NCBI GenBank assembly: GCA_965203325.1
Contig: OZ241875.1
Location: 3,712,001-3,776,000, forward strand
DNA: 64,000 bases
Source: a bacterium
Lineage (GTDB): Bacteria; UBA8248
Reading direction: 5' to 3'
In this document: piece after piece, positions 1 to 9,690 of the stretch
How positions within the stretch are numbered: the first letter of the stretch is position 1
Layout: every line of letters begins with the position of its first letter
The notes under the pieces: generated by a model
Told to the model about the DNA's origin: nothing
The model's database searches: none
Seen by the model: only the letters and a program-made list of their open reading frames with translations
Program-made: the position numbers and the translations under genes

Positions 1-79
1 CCGGCTTGCATATTCCCCGAGCGGCGCGATATTCTTCGCGACGACGCTTGGCGCGCCAACCCTGCCGAGGGAGAGGGGG

Positions 80-1342
80 ATGTCCGGAAACGGCGCAACA
101 CGGTTCGAGGAGATGGTCGCTTTTTACAGCGGCCGCGCGCGCTCGCCGTTCGCCGACTATTTCGCCGATCCTTACCGATTCTTCGCGTGGGCCAGGGCCG
201 AGGCGCCCGTCCTGCACGTGCCGGAAGTCGACTGGTGGGCGGTCGCCCGTTTTGACGATATCATGTCGGTCTTCCGGGACCTGGAAACCTTCTCTACGGC
301 CAACGTCCGTCGGCCCATGGCGCCGCTTTGTCCCAGGGCAATGGAGATTTACGAGTCGGCCGCTATCCGGATGGAGCCGACGCTGATCGACGAGGAGCCG
401 CAGACCCATCGCCGTCACCGGCGCATCTTCGGCGAGGGTTTTTCCGCGCGGCGCGTCGAGCGCTACGAGCCGAGAATCCGCGCAATCGTTTCGCGCCTTA
501 TCGAGGATTTCGCGGGCGAGGGCCGCGCGGACCTTCACGTCCGGCTTCTGCAGCCGACCGCCGGCAGAATGACCTTTCATCTTCTCGGCGGCGCCGACGA
601 GGATTTCGATCTGGCCGACTGGCCAGGCGGGATGCGGCGGGTCGAAATCCTGGGACCCCCGACGGAGGCGGCGCAAGTCTCGTTCATGGAAATCCTCGCC
701 CGGTTGTGGCCCTTCGGCGGCAGGCTGGCCGAGGCCGCGATCAAAAATCCTGGCGACAACTATCTCGGCGACCTCGTCCGGCTGCGTCGCGAGGACCCCT
801 CCCTGTTCACGGATAACTACTTTCACAACGTCGTGCTCCTGCTGCAAACCGCCGGAGCGGACAACCAGAGCCACGCGCTGGCCAACGGTATCCGGGCGAT
901 GCTCGATGCCCGGACGCCTTGGGAGCGCCTGTGCGCCGACCCCGGCCTCATCCCCAACGCTGTGGAGGAAATCCTGCGTTTCGGCACGCCCCTCATCGCG
1001 TTTCCGAGGCTCGCGACCCGCGACGCCGAGATCGGCGGGCGGCGAATCGCCGCAGGCTCCGGGATTTTGCTGCTGCTCGCTTCCGGCAACCGCGACGAGA
1101 CCGTGTTCCCGGACGGCGAGACGCTGGACATCGAGCGCGAGAATGCCGGAGATCACCTCTCGTTCGGCTACGGTGCGCATTTCTGTCTCGGGGCGCCGCT
1201 CGCCCGACTCGAGATGAAGATTATCCTGGAGGAGTTGACCTCGCGCCTGCCCCACATGCGGCTGGCCGACGGCGGCGTTCCGGACGTATTTCGGACGTTC
1301 ACGTTCCGGGGGCTGAAGCGCCTGCCCGTCGAATGGGATTGA
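80..1342 (+). CDS. Cytochrome P450
   Basis: Heme motif FGYGAHFCLG, K-helix EEILR, I-helix AGADNQ; purine-rich SD (GGAGAGG) upstream. Confidence 0.95.
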   Translation: MSGNGATRFEEMVAFYSGRARSPFADYFADPYRFFAWARAEAPVLHVPEVDWWAVARFDDIMSVFRDLETFSTANVRRPMAPLCPRAMEIYESAAIRMEPTLIDEEPQTHRRHRRIFGEGFSARRVERYEPRIRAIVSRLIEDFAGEGRADLHVRLLQPTAGRMTFHLLGGADEDFDLADWPGGMRRVEILGPPTEAAQVSFMEILARLWPFGGRLAEAAIKNPGDNYLGDLVRLRREDPSLFTDNYFHNVVLLLQTAGADNQSHALANGIRAMLDARTPWERLCADPGLIPNAVEEILRFGTPLIAFPRLATRDAEIGGRRIAAGSGILLLLASGNRDETVFPDGETLDIERENAGDHLSFGYGAHFCLGAPLARLEMKIILEELTSRLPHMRLADGGVPDVFRTFTFRGLKRLPVEWD

Positions 1343-1547
1343 GCGGAGCCCGTCGCGCGTCCGGCCCCGGGCGACCGGGAGTGAGGCGGCGAGAGCGGGG
1401 CGCGTTGCCCTGCGCCGCGCCGGGGGACGGAACCCGCCTCGTTTCGTCGTTCGCAAACGCAGTTTCATGTCTGGATTCGACGGACTCGCCGCGGCCGCTC
1501 CGTTCCGGGCGATTCGTCGATATTCAACGGACCCAAGGAGGGAGCGA

Positions 1548-2420
1548 ATGAACCCCGCAGAAACGGCTTCGTCCGGTGGAAAGGAAATGGAGAGGTCGGT
1601 TTCCGACCTTTACGCCGCGCTGACCGAACTCGTGGTGAAGAAAAACCCGGATACGCTGTCGATTCATCGCGGCCTTTGGGGGCCGGACACGAAGACCAGT
1701 CGGGAAGGCCTGGAGCGCGCCAACCGCATTCTGGCGCGGGGATGCCGCCTCGACCCGGAACGGCGCGTGCTGGACGCCGGCTGCGGCGTGGGCGGCACGG
1801 CGATCTTCCTGGCTGAGGAATACGGCGTCCGGGTCACCGGATTGACGATCTGCGAGCCACATGTCGCCGTGGCGACTCAATATGCGGAAGAGCGCGGGGT
1901 CGGCCATCTGGTCGAGTTCCGGCACGGGGACTTCATGGATTTGCCGTTCGCCGACGAGAGTTTCGACGTGGTGCTGAACCACGAATCCTTCTGTTACGCG
2001 GAAGACAAGCCCGCCTATCTCCGGGGCGTCTACCGGGTGCTCAAGCCCGGGGGGCGCTGGCAGGCCCTCGACGCGGAACTGCTGAGCGGCGCGCCGAAGT
2101 CCGAAGAGCACCAGGCGCTCGTCGCCGCCGTGGAGCGAAACTGGCGCCTGCCGCCCCTCCCGCCGTGGCGCGACGTGCTCGCCATGGTCGAGGAGGCGGG
2201 CTTTACGGAAATCGAGGAACGGGACCTCTCCGCCGAAGCGCTGCCGTCGACGGAGCTCATCCGCAAGGGCTACACGTTGTTTTTATTCCTGAACCCGCAA
2301 TTCGGCGAGATGAATCCCGCCGCCCAGGAGTTTATGGACGCGAGCGTCTGCTACGCCCAGGGATTGTCGCAAGGCCTGTTCACTTACCGCTTCATCTCCG
2401 GAACGCGGCCGACTCAATGA
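1548..2420 (+). CDS. Class I SAM-dependent methyltransferase (sterol/tocopherol/RebM-like)
   Basis: IHRGLW, VLDAGCGVGG, FADESFDVV and RVLKPGG motifs; ATG 1548 follows AAGGAGG. Confidence 0.9.
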   Translation: MNPAETASSGGKEMERSVSDLYAALTELVVKKNPDTLSIHRGLWGPDTKTSREGLERANRILARGCRLDPERRVLDAGCGVGGTAIFLAEEYGVRVTGLTICEPHVAVATQYAEERGVGHLVEFRHGDFMDLPFADESFDVVLNHESFCYAEDKPAYLRGVYRVLKPGGRWQALDAELLSGAPKSEEHQALVAAVERNWRLPPLPPWRDVLAMVEEAGFTEIEERDLSAEALPSTELIRKGYTLFLFLNPQFGEMNPAAQEFMDASVCYAQGLSQGLFTYRFISGTRPTQ

Positions 2421-2585
2421 TCCCTGCCGAGGCGGCGCTCCCACTGCGAGCGCCGGTGGATCGGTTGGTGGCCGAGGGTTTAGACAGTCGCAACCGTCTC
2501 CGCATGGAGACTCTTCCCGTTTCAGGCGTCAGGTGATTTCCATCAGAGGTGAAAATCCGGCTAACAGTTGAATTCAGATTTGACA

Positions 2586-2748
2586 TGTGGAAGGCCTTGA
2601 GGACGGCGGCGGTGGACTCCGCCTCGCCCCAGACGGGCCGGTTGTCGAACTCGTCGGGGCCGGGGGTCGCGCCGAACAGCTGGGCCTGCTCGCAGACCAT
2701 GGCGGTGAAGGATTCGTTCTGCGCTTCGATGTTGTCGACTTCGTGCAT
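2586..2748 (-). pseudogene. Truncated N-terminus of a probable mobile-element protein (MHEVDNIE...LFGATPGPDEFDNRPVW)
   Basis: AAGGAG SD then ATG; GC-rich coding-like sequence changes abruptly at ~2585; family assignment uncertain. Confidence 0.35.
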
Positions 2749-2784
2749 GATCATCTCCTTGTGTGTCGCTGTGGCAGTCATCGT

Positions 2785-3300
2785 TCACTCCTTTGGTTGT
2801 CCTCGAGCGAGGGGATGGTTGAATTCGGGAAGAGCGTAGCCACGCTCGTTGCGCCCCACTTCTTTTGGCATCTCGTCGAGATACCCGGCGGCCCACTCGG
2901 CGGCGCGCCGGCGGTGGCGTTCGCGCTCTTTCCTGCGTCCCTCCTCGGGGTCCTTGTAGGGCATCCGTCTCTCCCCCCTCAGCGCCGACTGCTTTGGCCG
3001 AAGAGGCCGATCGAATAGACACCCCAATACTGGACTCCGCTGTCCCTGGTGCGCAGGCCCGTGCAGACGATGATCTCGTCCCGCGCGGGCCGCATCTCCC
3101 GGACGGCTTTCCGGGTGGCCGTAGCTTTCTTCGTCTTGCGCCCGCTCCCGGTCTTCGCTTCCGCAGCGGGCATGGGGCGGATCTCGCCGTCCATCGCGGA
3201 CTTGAACCGTTCCACGGCGTATCGCTCGTCTTCGAGCCCCCGGCCGAAGGTGTGGGTGAGGAAGGTGTTCGACTCTCGCATGGTCGCCCGCATCGCGCGC
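2785..3300 (-). pseudogene. Remnants of mobile-element genes (...RDSGVQYWGVY fragment followed by short Arg-rich MPYKDP ORF 2964-2785)
   Basis: Short, apparently truncated ORFs next to integrase relics; no complete domain recognised. Confidence 0.3.
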
Positions 3301-3824
3301 CTCCTTGCTGTGGGTGGTCGGGAAGGCGGAGAACGTCCTCTCCCGGACGCCCTTCCGCCGCCCCCTCCAGGCCAGGCTCTGCCTCTCGCCGGCGCGGGGC
3401 TTGGGCGAGGCGCTTTGCGGAAAAAATTTTTTGTCATATCCCCGCGCAGCCGGTCGTATGCGAGCCCCGCCCGTATGACGTCGGAGGATCGATCGGGACG
3501 AAGGTTCGAACGCGAAGGAGAGACGCATATGAACCGAAACGACGGGAACAGCCTGAGCGCACGAGTGCGCCGCCTGCTCGCGGCGGGGGCGGACCGCGAG
3601 CCTCTCGAGAAAAAATAATCACAAACTGCCTGGAAAATCAGGAAATTTCCCGGAAATCAGTTGCAATCCCTGTCACCTCGACCCACATTTGTTTCGTCCG
3701 CCTGCGCCGCTTCGGCGGGACCGGTTCTGCCGCCGGCGGGACGGCAAATGCGCGAAGGACGTCTTCGCACCGGCCGCTTCGGGTTCAGCAAGACTTCCCG
3801 GCGCCGAAGAAAGGGTGAATCACG

Positions 3825-4226
3825 ATGAGAATTCAGACGCGGCCCGTCATCATCGATCAGGCGGATTTGCCCTGGGAAGGGTGGGAGGATGCCGCTGTCG
3901 CCGCGCGCAGCGCCATCCGCTGGAAACTCCTGACCGCGGGCGAACGCACGGGGAGCGCCGGGCTCGTCACCGGCATCGCGGAGATTCCGCCGGGCGAGCG
4001 GCTCCTGTTGCATCACCACGGGCCGGAAGAGACCTATTACATCGTGCAGGGGCGCGGGCGCATGGAAATCGACGACCGTGCGGCCGACATCGGGCCCGGA
4101 TGCGCCGCCTATATTCCGCCCAATGCCAGGCACACGTTGCACTGTACCGGCGCGGAACCCCTCATCCTGGTATTCTCGTTCGCACGTGACCGCTTCGACC
4201 AGGTCGACTACCACTTCGACGAATAG
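3825..4226 (+). CDS. Cupin domain protein
   Basis: HHHGPEETYYIVQGRG and YIPPNARH cupin motifs 1 and 2. Confidence 0.9.
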   Translation: MRIQTRPVIIDQADLPWEGWEDAAVAARSAIRWKLLTAGERTGSAGLVTGIAEIPPGERLLLHHHGPEETYYIVQGRGRMEIDDRAADIGPGCAAYIPPNARHTLHCTGAEPLILVFSFARDRFDQVDYHFDE

Positions 4227-4431
4227 CGCCTCGCCGTCATCGGTCTGCGTATAACCGCTCAATGCGCGGACCGGGCCGTGCAACCCGATCGCGCCATGGC
4301 GGCACCGCTTCCCGCCGGAAATATTCGAGATCCTCATTCGTGCAGCGCTTTGCCGGCTGAAGAAGGAGTCGGGTGACGACCGCTCTTCGAGGCCGTCCCG
4401 CACCGGGGAGGATGTGTTCCGGAGGGTTTTC

Positions 4432-4673
4432 CTACAGCAGGTCTTCGGCGATGCTCTCCGCCACCCGCTCGGCGGACTCGCGCAGCGGCTCACCGTCACG
4501 CGCCTGGGGCCTTCCGGTCCACGCGCCTGGGCGACGTAGACTTTTGAGCCGGTGGGGTAGACCCGCACCTCGAAGCCGGTGAGGTCCCTGTCCCAGAACA
4601 CCGTGTCCTTCTCGACCGTGAGTTTCCTCACCAACCGGTTCGAGAGCGTTTTCATCATGGACTTCGTCGTCAT
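4432..4673 (-). pseudogene. Second tyrosine integrase with a large internal deletion
   Basis: Arm-binding N-terminus (VFWDRDLTGFEVRVYPTGSKVYV) joined out of frame to an integrase-like C-terminal tail (EPLRESAERVAESIAEDLL*, TAG 4434-4432); catalytic core missing. Confidence 0.75.
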
Positions 4674-5721
4674 CGCTCCATCCTCCCGTTCGTGACGTGG
4701 ACGCCGATGCTCTCGCCCACGCGGGCGGCCGCCGCCTTCTCGGCCTCGCGCATCAGGTGCGCGTAGCGCGCCGTGCTCACCACGTGACGGTGTCCGAGCA
4801 GCCTGCCGATCGCCGATAAACTCTCGCCGAGCGCCAGCGCCCGGCTGGCGTACGAGTGCCGGAGGTCATGAATGCGGACATCATGAAGCCCCGCCCGCTC
4901 CCTCACGGCCTCCCACTAGTAGGAGAGATTCAACGGGCGGCCGTTCCCGTTCCCTCTGGAGATCACCCAGGGGTCCTCCGGCGAGCGGGGGATCCCCTCC
5001 AGCACCCTCTTGGCGGGCGCCGTGAGCGGTACCATGCGCGGACCCGCCTTGGCGTCCCTCAAGCGCAGCTCGCCCGTCATGCGGTCCACGTCGTCCCAGT
5101 GCAAGTCCAGTATCTCGCCCCTCCGGCAACCGGTCAGCGGCGAAGCCCCCGGCAGGGGTTCTCCCCGGGCGGGAGAAGGCCCCACGCCTCGGCCATCTTG
5201 AACATCTTGGAGAGCAGTCCCAGGAACGCGTTGGCCGCGACGGGCGTCGCGCGCAGGCCGTGATGAAGCGCCGATACCTCCGCCCGGCCGACATCGGCGA
5301 GCGACTTCCCGCCCAGCGCCGGAAGGATGTGGTTCCCGATATAGGAGCGGTACGACTCAGCGGTGTCGGGCTTGCAGTGCGTTTCGGCATGGTCGCGCAT
5401 GAAGCGCCCGGCAAGCCCCGCCACCGTGGGCACGGCCTCGGGAGGCCCGGGCTCGGGCTCCTCGCCCCGCTTGATGCGGTCGATGACGCCGGCCGCCGTC
5501 TTCCTCGCCTCATCACACGACATCTCGCCGTGTCTGCCCAGCGCCACGCGCTTCGGCCCCCACGGACCCCGGGACTGCACCACGTAGACTTTCCGGCCCG
5601 TGGCGTATACCCGCACCCCGAAACCCGCCAGTTCCCGGTCCCAGAAGACGGCGTCGTCCTTCTCGACGGATAGCGCGTCGACGACGCGTTTGGTAAGCTT
5701 GCGTTCGCTTCTTTTGGGCAT
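4670..5721 (-). pseudogene. Tyrosine recombinase/integrase (Arm DNA-binding + catalytic domain), disrupted
   Basis: N-terminal VFWDRELAGFGVRV; LTGCRRGEI, HDLRHSYAS, LLGH and TARYAH motifs; deletion/frameshift at ~5140 and in-frame TAG at 4918-4916. Confidence 0.9.
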
Positions 5722-6006
5722 GGGCGCTCCCCGGAAAATCGTGTCACGGACCGGAGGACATGGACGAGCCGTAATCAAATCGCATACGTCCGGCATCAAA
5801 TATGCGTCCGTTATAGCGTAAATATGACGTAAACGAAAAGGGGAGCGAAAAAGAAAGTGTGATAATTACCGCTTTTAATACAGCAGTTTATCGTGTTTTA
5901 GGGTGTCCAGTCGTACGATTGTCCGTAGGGTGAGACTATGAACGTGTCTTTCGATAAATTTCTGAACAGAAAAAATGCCGGTGTGAGATAATTGCGTCCT
6001 CAAAAA

Positions 6007-6023
6007 TGGCGGAAGCGAGGGGA
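6007..6023 (-). other. tRNA 3'-end-like fragment (possible att remnant)
   Basis: Minus strand TCCCCTCGCTTCCGCCA with no tRNA 5' half; 14/17 identical to the tRNA-Ala 3' end at 19012-19028; ~290 bp from the integrase start. Confidence 0.45.
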
Positions 6024-6061
6024 GTACGCCCCCGGATCGATGGCGTAAAAGGAGGCGCGAG

Positions 6062-6505
6062 ATGGGCTTGACGAGCATCAACCATACGAGTTTCACGGTG
6101 TCAGACGCTCGGGCGATTGCCGAGTGGTACCGAGAAACCCTTGATTTTACGATACTTTCCGATGAAACCCGGCCCCAAGACTACAGCGAGAAGGTGACCG
6201 GCATCGCAGGCGCCGACCTCCGCATCGTCTACATCCGGGGCGGTGAGTACAACATCGAACTGGTCGAATACGTCGGCGCGCCCGGCGTCAAGATAGACAC
6301 GGCCACGAACAACGTGGGCAGTGCGCACATCGCCTATAACGTCAATGATCTCAATGGGATGTACGAGGCGCTCAAGCCCAGGGGGGTGCGGTTCGTCTCG
6401 CCGCCCGTGCCCGTCACCCAGGGCCCCAACAAGGGCGGCTTCGTCGTCTATCTCGAGGATCCGGACGGCAACACGCTCGAACTCATCGAGCGGCCGAGCA
6501 ATTAA
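6062..6505 (+). CDS. VOC (glyoxalase/methylmalonyl-CoA epimerase-like) family protein
   Basis: NHTSFTVSD, IELVEY, AHIAYNV and DPDGNTLELIE motifs; AGGAGG SD. Confidence 0.9.
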   Translation: MGLTSINHTSFTVSDARAIAEWYRETLDFTILSDETRPQDYSEKVTGIAGADLRIVYIRGGEYNIELVEYVGAPGVKIDTATNNVGSAHIAYNVNDLNGMYEALKPRGVRFVSPPVPVTQGPNKGGFVVYLEDPDGNTLELIERPSN

Positions 6506-6516
6506 GTCAAGCTAAA

Positions 6517-7224
6517 TCAGAGCGTTACGCTATCGCCGGGCTTTAAGACGATGATTTCCGTATTGAGGCCGCGTTTCCCGACTTCCTCGATGAACGCCTC
6601 GGGCGTTCCCGTCAGGTGGGGCAGGCTCGAGTGGTGGATGGGCACGACGCGCTTGGCTTCGAGCAGTTCACAGGCCAGCGCCGCCTGACGCGCGCCCATG
6701 GTGGCCCTGTCCCCGATGGGCAGGCAGCACAGGTCGGGCGCGTAGAGTTCGGCGATGATGCGCATGTCGCCGAAAACGGCCGTATCTCCCGCGTGATACA
6801 AGCGTTTGCCGTCCTCGAAGGTTAGAATCAGACCGCAGGGCTCGCCGGTGTATTTCAGTTCCGGCCCATAGGCGCCCCCGTGAAAGGCGTGGGTGAGCGT
6901 GAGCTGGACGCCGCCAAAATCGACCGTGCCGTCCTTTCCCATGGGGGTGGCGTGAGATCCTAAGTCGTATTCGGCGCCTATGGTGCGGATGAGGTCCATG
7001 TGGCCCGCCACGGGACATGGATTCGCCTCGAAAACGGGGATCACGTCACCCGTATGGTCGAAATGGCCGTGCGTGAGGCAGATGAGGTCCGCCTTCTGGG
7101 GTGTTTTGAGTTCCGGCGGGCAGACGGGGTTTTTCTCCAGCCAGGGGTCGATGTAGATGGTCTTGCCGCCGTCGGTTTTCACCAGAAACGTCGATTGTCC
7201 ATGAAATATCAGCGTGGTGCCCAT
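6517..7224 (-). CDS. Metal-dependent hydrolase, metallo-beta-lactamase fold (UPF0173-like)
   Basis: IDPWL, THGHFDH, YHAGDT, LPIGD and IPxH-type motifs. Confidence 0.9.
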   Translation of the reverse strand: MGTTLIFHGQSTFLVKTDGGKTIYIDPWLEKNPVCPPELKTPQKADLICLTHGHFDHTGDVIPVFEANPCPVAGHMDLIRTIGAEYDLGSHATPMGKDGTVDFGGVQLTLTHAFHGGAYGPELKYTGEPCGLILTFEDGKRLYHAGDTAVFGDMRIIAELYAPDLCCLPIGDRATMGARQAALACELLEAKRVVPIHHSSLPHLTGTPEAFIEEVGKRGLNTEIIVLKPGDSVTL

Positions 7225-7265
7225 GTTTTCAAATGCCTCCTAAATGGTTGATTTACCTGCGAATC

Positions 7266-8156
7266 CTATAAATGTTCCCGGAACCAGGCCGTCGTTTCCT
7301 TCAAGGCCATATCGAAGAGCCCCGGGTTGTTCACCTGGTAGACGTCGTTGTGGCGGCCCCTGGGAAGCATGACGATTTTCTTGGGTTCTCCACAGGCCGC
7401 ATAGCAGGCGTGCGCCTCGGAGGGGGGAACCATGACGTCTTCTTCCCCGTAGATGAACAGGACGGGCCGGGGCGAGATTTTACCGGCCACCCATTCGGGG
7501 CGATAGCGAAAACACGCCTCCACGCTTTCGAGGTCGAGTTCGAGCACTTCCTCGGAGCCGTGCTCCTCCAGCGTCATCGGTGGTTTGGGGTTGTCCGGGT
7601 CGTCTCTGTAAATGTCGTGGCGGATAATCGTTTCCCGCTCATTGGTGGTCACGCGCTTCCGGGCGGATTCCCGAACTCGGGACTTGAAGGCGAGCCATTC
7701 ATAAGGCCTCCTCAACGATTTCAGCCAGCGTTCGCCGTCGTGTACTCCCACGGCGGAGACGGTCGCCTTCACCCGCTCGTCGAACGCCGCCACCCAGATG
7801 GCGTGCGCGCCGCCGAAACTGGTGCCGTAGAGGCCGATTCGCTCAGGATCCACGCCATCTACTGTTTGCAGATAGGTGATCCCGTCGTGGGTGTCTTGGG
7901 CCTGTTCCAGCGGGCGGTGACGCCCGCGAGCACCCTCGCTGACGCCGTAGCCGCGATAATCGGGCGCGAGAGTGAAAAACCCTGCTTTGCTCAGGTGGAT
8001 GGGCATATCGATCGTGGCCAGATTCTTTCGACCGCTGTATCCCGTGACACAGACGATTCCCGGCCGAGGCGGGCCGCCGGGCCGCCAGTCGGGAGGACGG
8101 TAGAGATGCGCGGCGATTTTGAGGCGGTCGCTGAAATAAGTGATGTTTTCGTGCAT
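7266..8156 (-). CDS. Alpha/beta-fold hydrolase
   Basis: DYRGYGVSEG, nucleophile elbow GTSFGG, D(MVP) and late His (GRHND); ATG 8156 after AAGGAAG. Confidence 0.88.
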   Translation of the reverse strand: MHENITYFSDRLKIAAHLYRPPDWRPGGPPRPGIVCVTGYSGRKNLATIDMPIHLSKAGFFTLAPDYRGYGVSEGARGRHRPLEQAQDTHDGITYLQTVDGVDPERIGLYGTSFGGAHAIWVAAFDERVKATVSAVGVHDGERWLKSLRRPYEWLAFKSRVRESARKRVTTNERETIIRHDIYRDDPDNPKPPMTLEEHGSEEVLELDLESVEACFRYRPEWVAGKISPRPVLFIYGEEDVMVPPSEAHACYAACGEPKKIVMLPRGRHNDVYQVNNPGLFDMALKETTAWFREHL

Positions 8157-8364
8157 TTCCACTTCCTTTTTGATATGTGACATAGTTGTTTGCAGGATAC
8201 CGGGTTTTTGACACAAAGGGCCACTGCTGATAGGGGTAAGGAGGCGTGCTATACACGGATTCTCTGGAAGTTTCCGAGAAATTCAAGTCCCCCGGCAGAC
8301 CGCTCAAGGGTTTTACCGCATGGCTCGTCGTATCGCCGCTTAGAGAGGAGAGGCTGAAAATATA

Positions 8365-9690
8365 ATGTCTCGTCAAAAGGTCTTTATCGTTCTGGCCGTC
8401 GTGGTTCTGGCGGTCGGGGCGGTGATTACAAGACTGGTAATTCAAAATCGGCCGAAACCAGAGGTTGTAATTGCCCCGGAGCCGCGCAGATTCGTCAGAA
8501 CCATGCTCTTGAAAAAACAGAACAAAACCTTCTGGGTGAAGGGATTCGGAACCGTGCGGCCCAAGAGAGAGCTTTCCATCGTGCCCGAAGTGTCGGGGAA
8601 GGTGGTCGAGCGCTCGCCAGGCTTCAGGACGGGCGGCTTCATCAAAAAAGGGGATTTACTGTTTCAAATCGACCCGGCGGATTACGAACTCGCCATTGAG
8701 CGGCGCAAGGCGGAAATCGCGCAACTCAGAGCCGACATCGCTCGATTGAGACAGGAGGAGAAGAACCACCAGGCCGATCTGGACATCGCCGAGCGCCATT
8801 TGGAATTGGTTTCCCAGGAAAGGGAACGCAATAACAGATTGCGAAGGCAAGGCGTTATTTCTTCCGGGCAATATGATCAATCACAACAAAATTTTCTCAG
8901 GCAAGAAAGGACGGTCCAGTCCATAAAAAACGTTCTGGCGCTACTGCCCGTTCAGTTGAGGCAGAAAAGTGCGGCGCTCAGCGCGAGCCGCTCGGAACTC
9001 CAGAGGGCGGTATTGCAGTTATCACGCACGAAGCTCGTGTCTCCATTCGATGCGCGGGTGCGGGATACGAGTCTGGATGCGGGCGATTTCGCGGCAGCGG
9101 GGCAATCGGTGGGAAAGATTTATGACGTATCGGTGCTGGAAGTCCCGGTTTCCCTGCCTGTCGAGGATGCGCGCTGGGTGTTTCGCCGCAATCAGGGAGC
9201 GGCGTTTCTGCGTAGCCAGGAGGAGGTGAAGCCGTTTTTGCCCACGGCGAGAGTATCGTGGAGTCAGTTTGGAGAGAAGGTCGAATGGCGCGGGCTGGTG
9301 TCGCTGGTGGACTCGGGTCTGGATGAGTCCACGCGCGCGCTCACGCTCGTGGTCGAAATTCCTGAACCCATGAAGAATTGGATGCCCGGGGAGCATCCTC
9401 CCCTTTTCGTGGGCATGTTCGTTGAAGTGAATATAAAAGGCGTCACGATGCCTGACGTGTTTGTTATTCCGCGCGCCGCATTGCGAGAACGGGATCATGT
9501 GTATTTGTTGGACGAGGGGATACTCAGAATCCAGAAGGTGGAAGTCATTCGAAAAGGTCAGGATGGCGTCGTCATCAGAAACGGAGTGAACGAAAACGCC
9601 CGCATCATTATTTCCGCGATCCCCGACCCCGTTTCCGGCATGAGACTCAACGATCAAAACGGGATTGCCGGAGGGGCTTCCGCTCAATGA
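8365..9690 (+). CDS. RND efflux periplasmic adaptor subunit
   Basis: N-terminal TM helix, PEVSGKV lipoyl-like half, long coiled coil, SPFDARV; ATGA overlap with the permease. Confidence 0.9.
   Translation: MSRQKVFIVLAVVVLAVGAVITRLVIQNRPKPEVVIAPEPRRFVRTMLLKKQNKTFWVKGFGTVRPKRELSIVPEVSGKVVERSPGFRTGGFIKKGDLLFQIDPADYELAIERRKAEIAQLRADIARLRQEEKNHQADLDIAERHLELVSQERERNNRLRRQGVISSGQYDQSQQNFLRQERTVQSIKNVLALLPVQLRQKSAALSASRSELQRAVLQLSRTKLVSPFDARVRDTSLDAGDFAAAGQSVGKIYDVSVLEVPVSLPVEDARWVFRRNQGAAFLRSQEEVKPFLPTARVSWSQFGEKVEWRGLVSLVDSGLDESTRALTLVVEIPEPMKNWMPGEHPPLFVGMFVEVNIKGVTMPDVFVIPRAALRERDHVYLLDEGILRIQKVEVIRKGQDGVVIRNGVNENARIIISAIPDPVSGMRLNDQNGIAGGASAQ

Noticed and set aside
3657..4673. 338-aa ORF as a real protein
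   Set aside because: Only the first ~60 codons are integrase; the rest is read-through antisense to the cupin gene
6007..6033. Complete tRNA-Ser/Sec gene
   Set aside because: Only a 3' fragment; no TTCG T-loop and no complementary 5' acceptor strand
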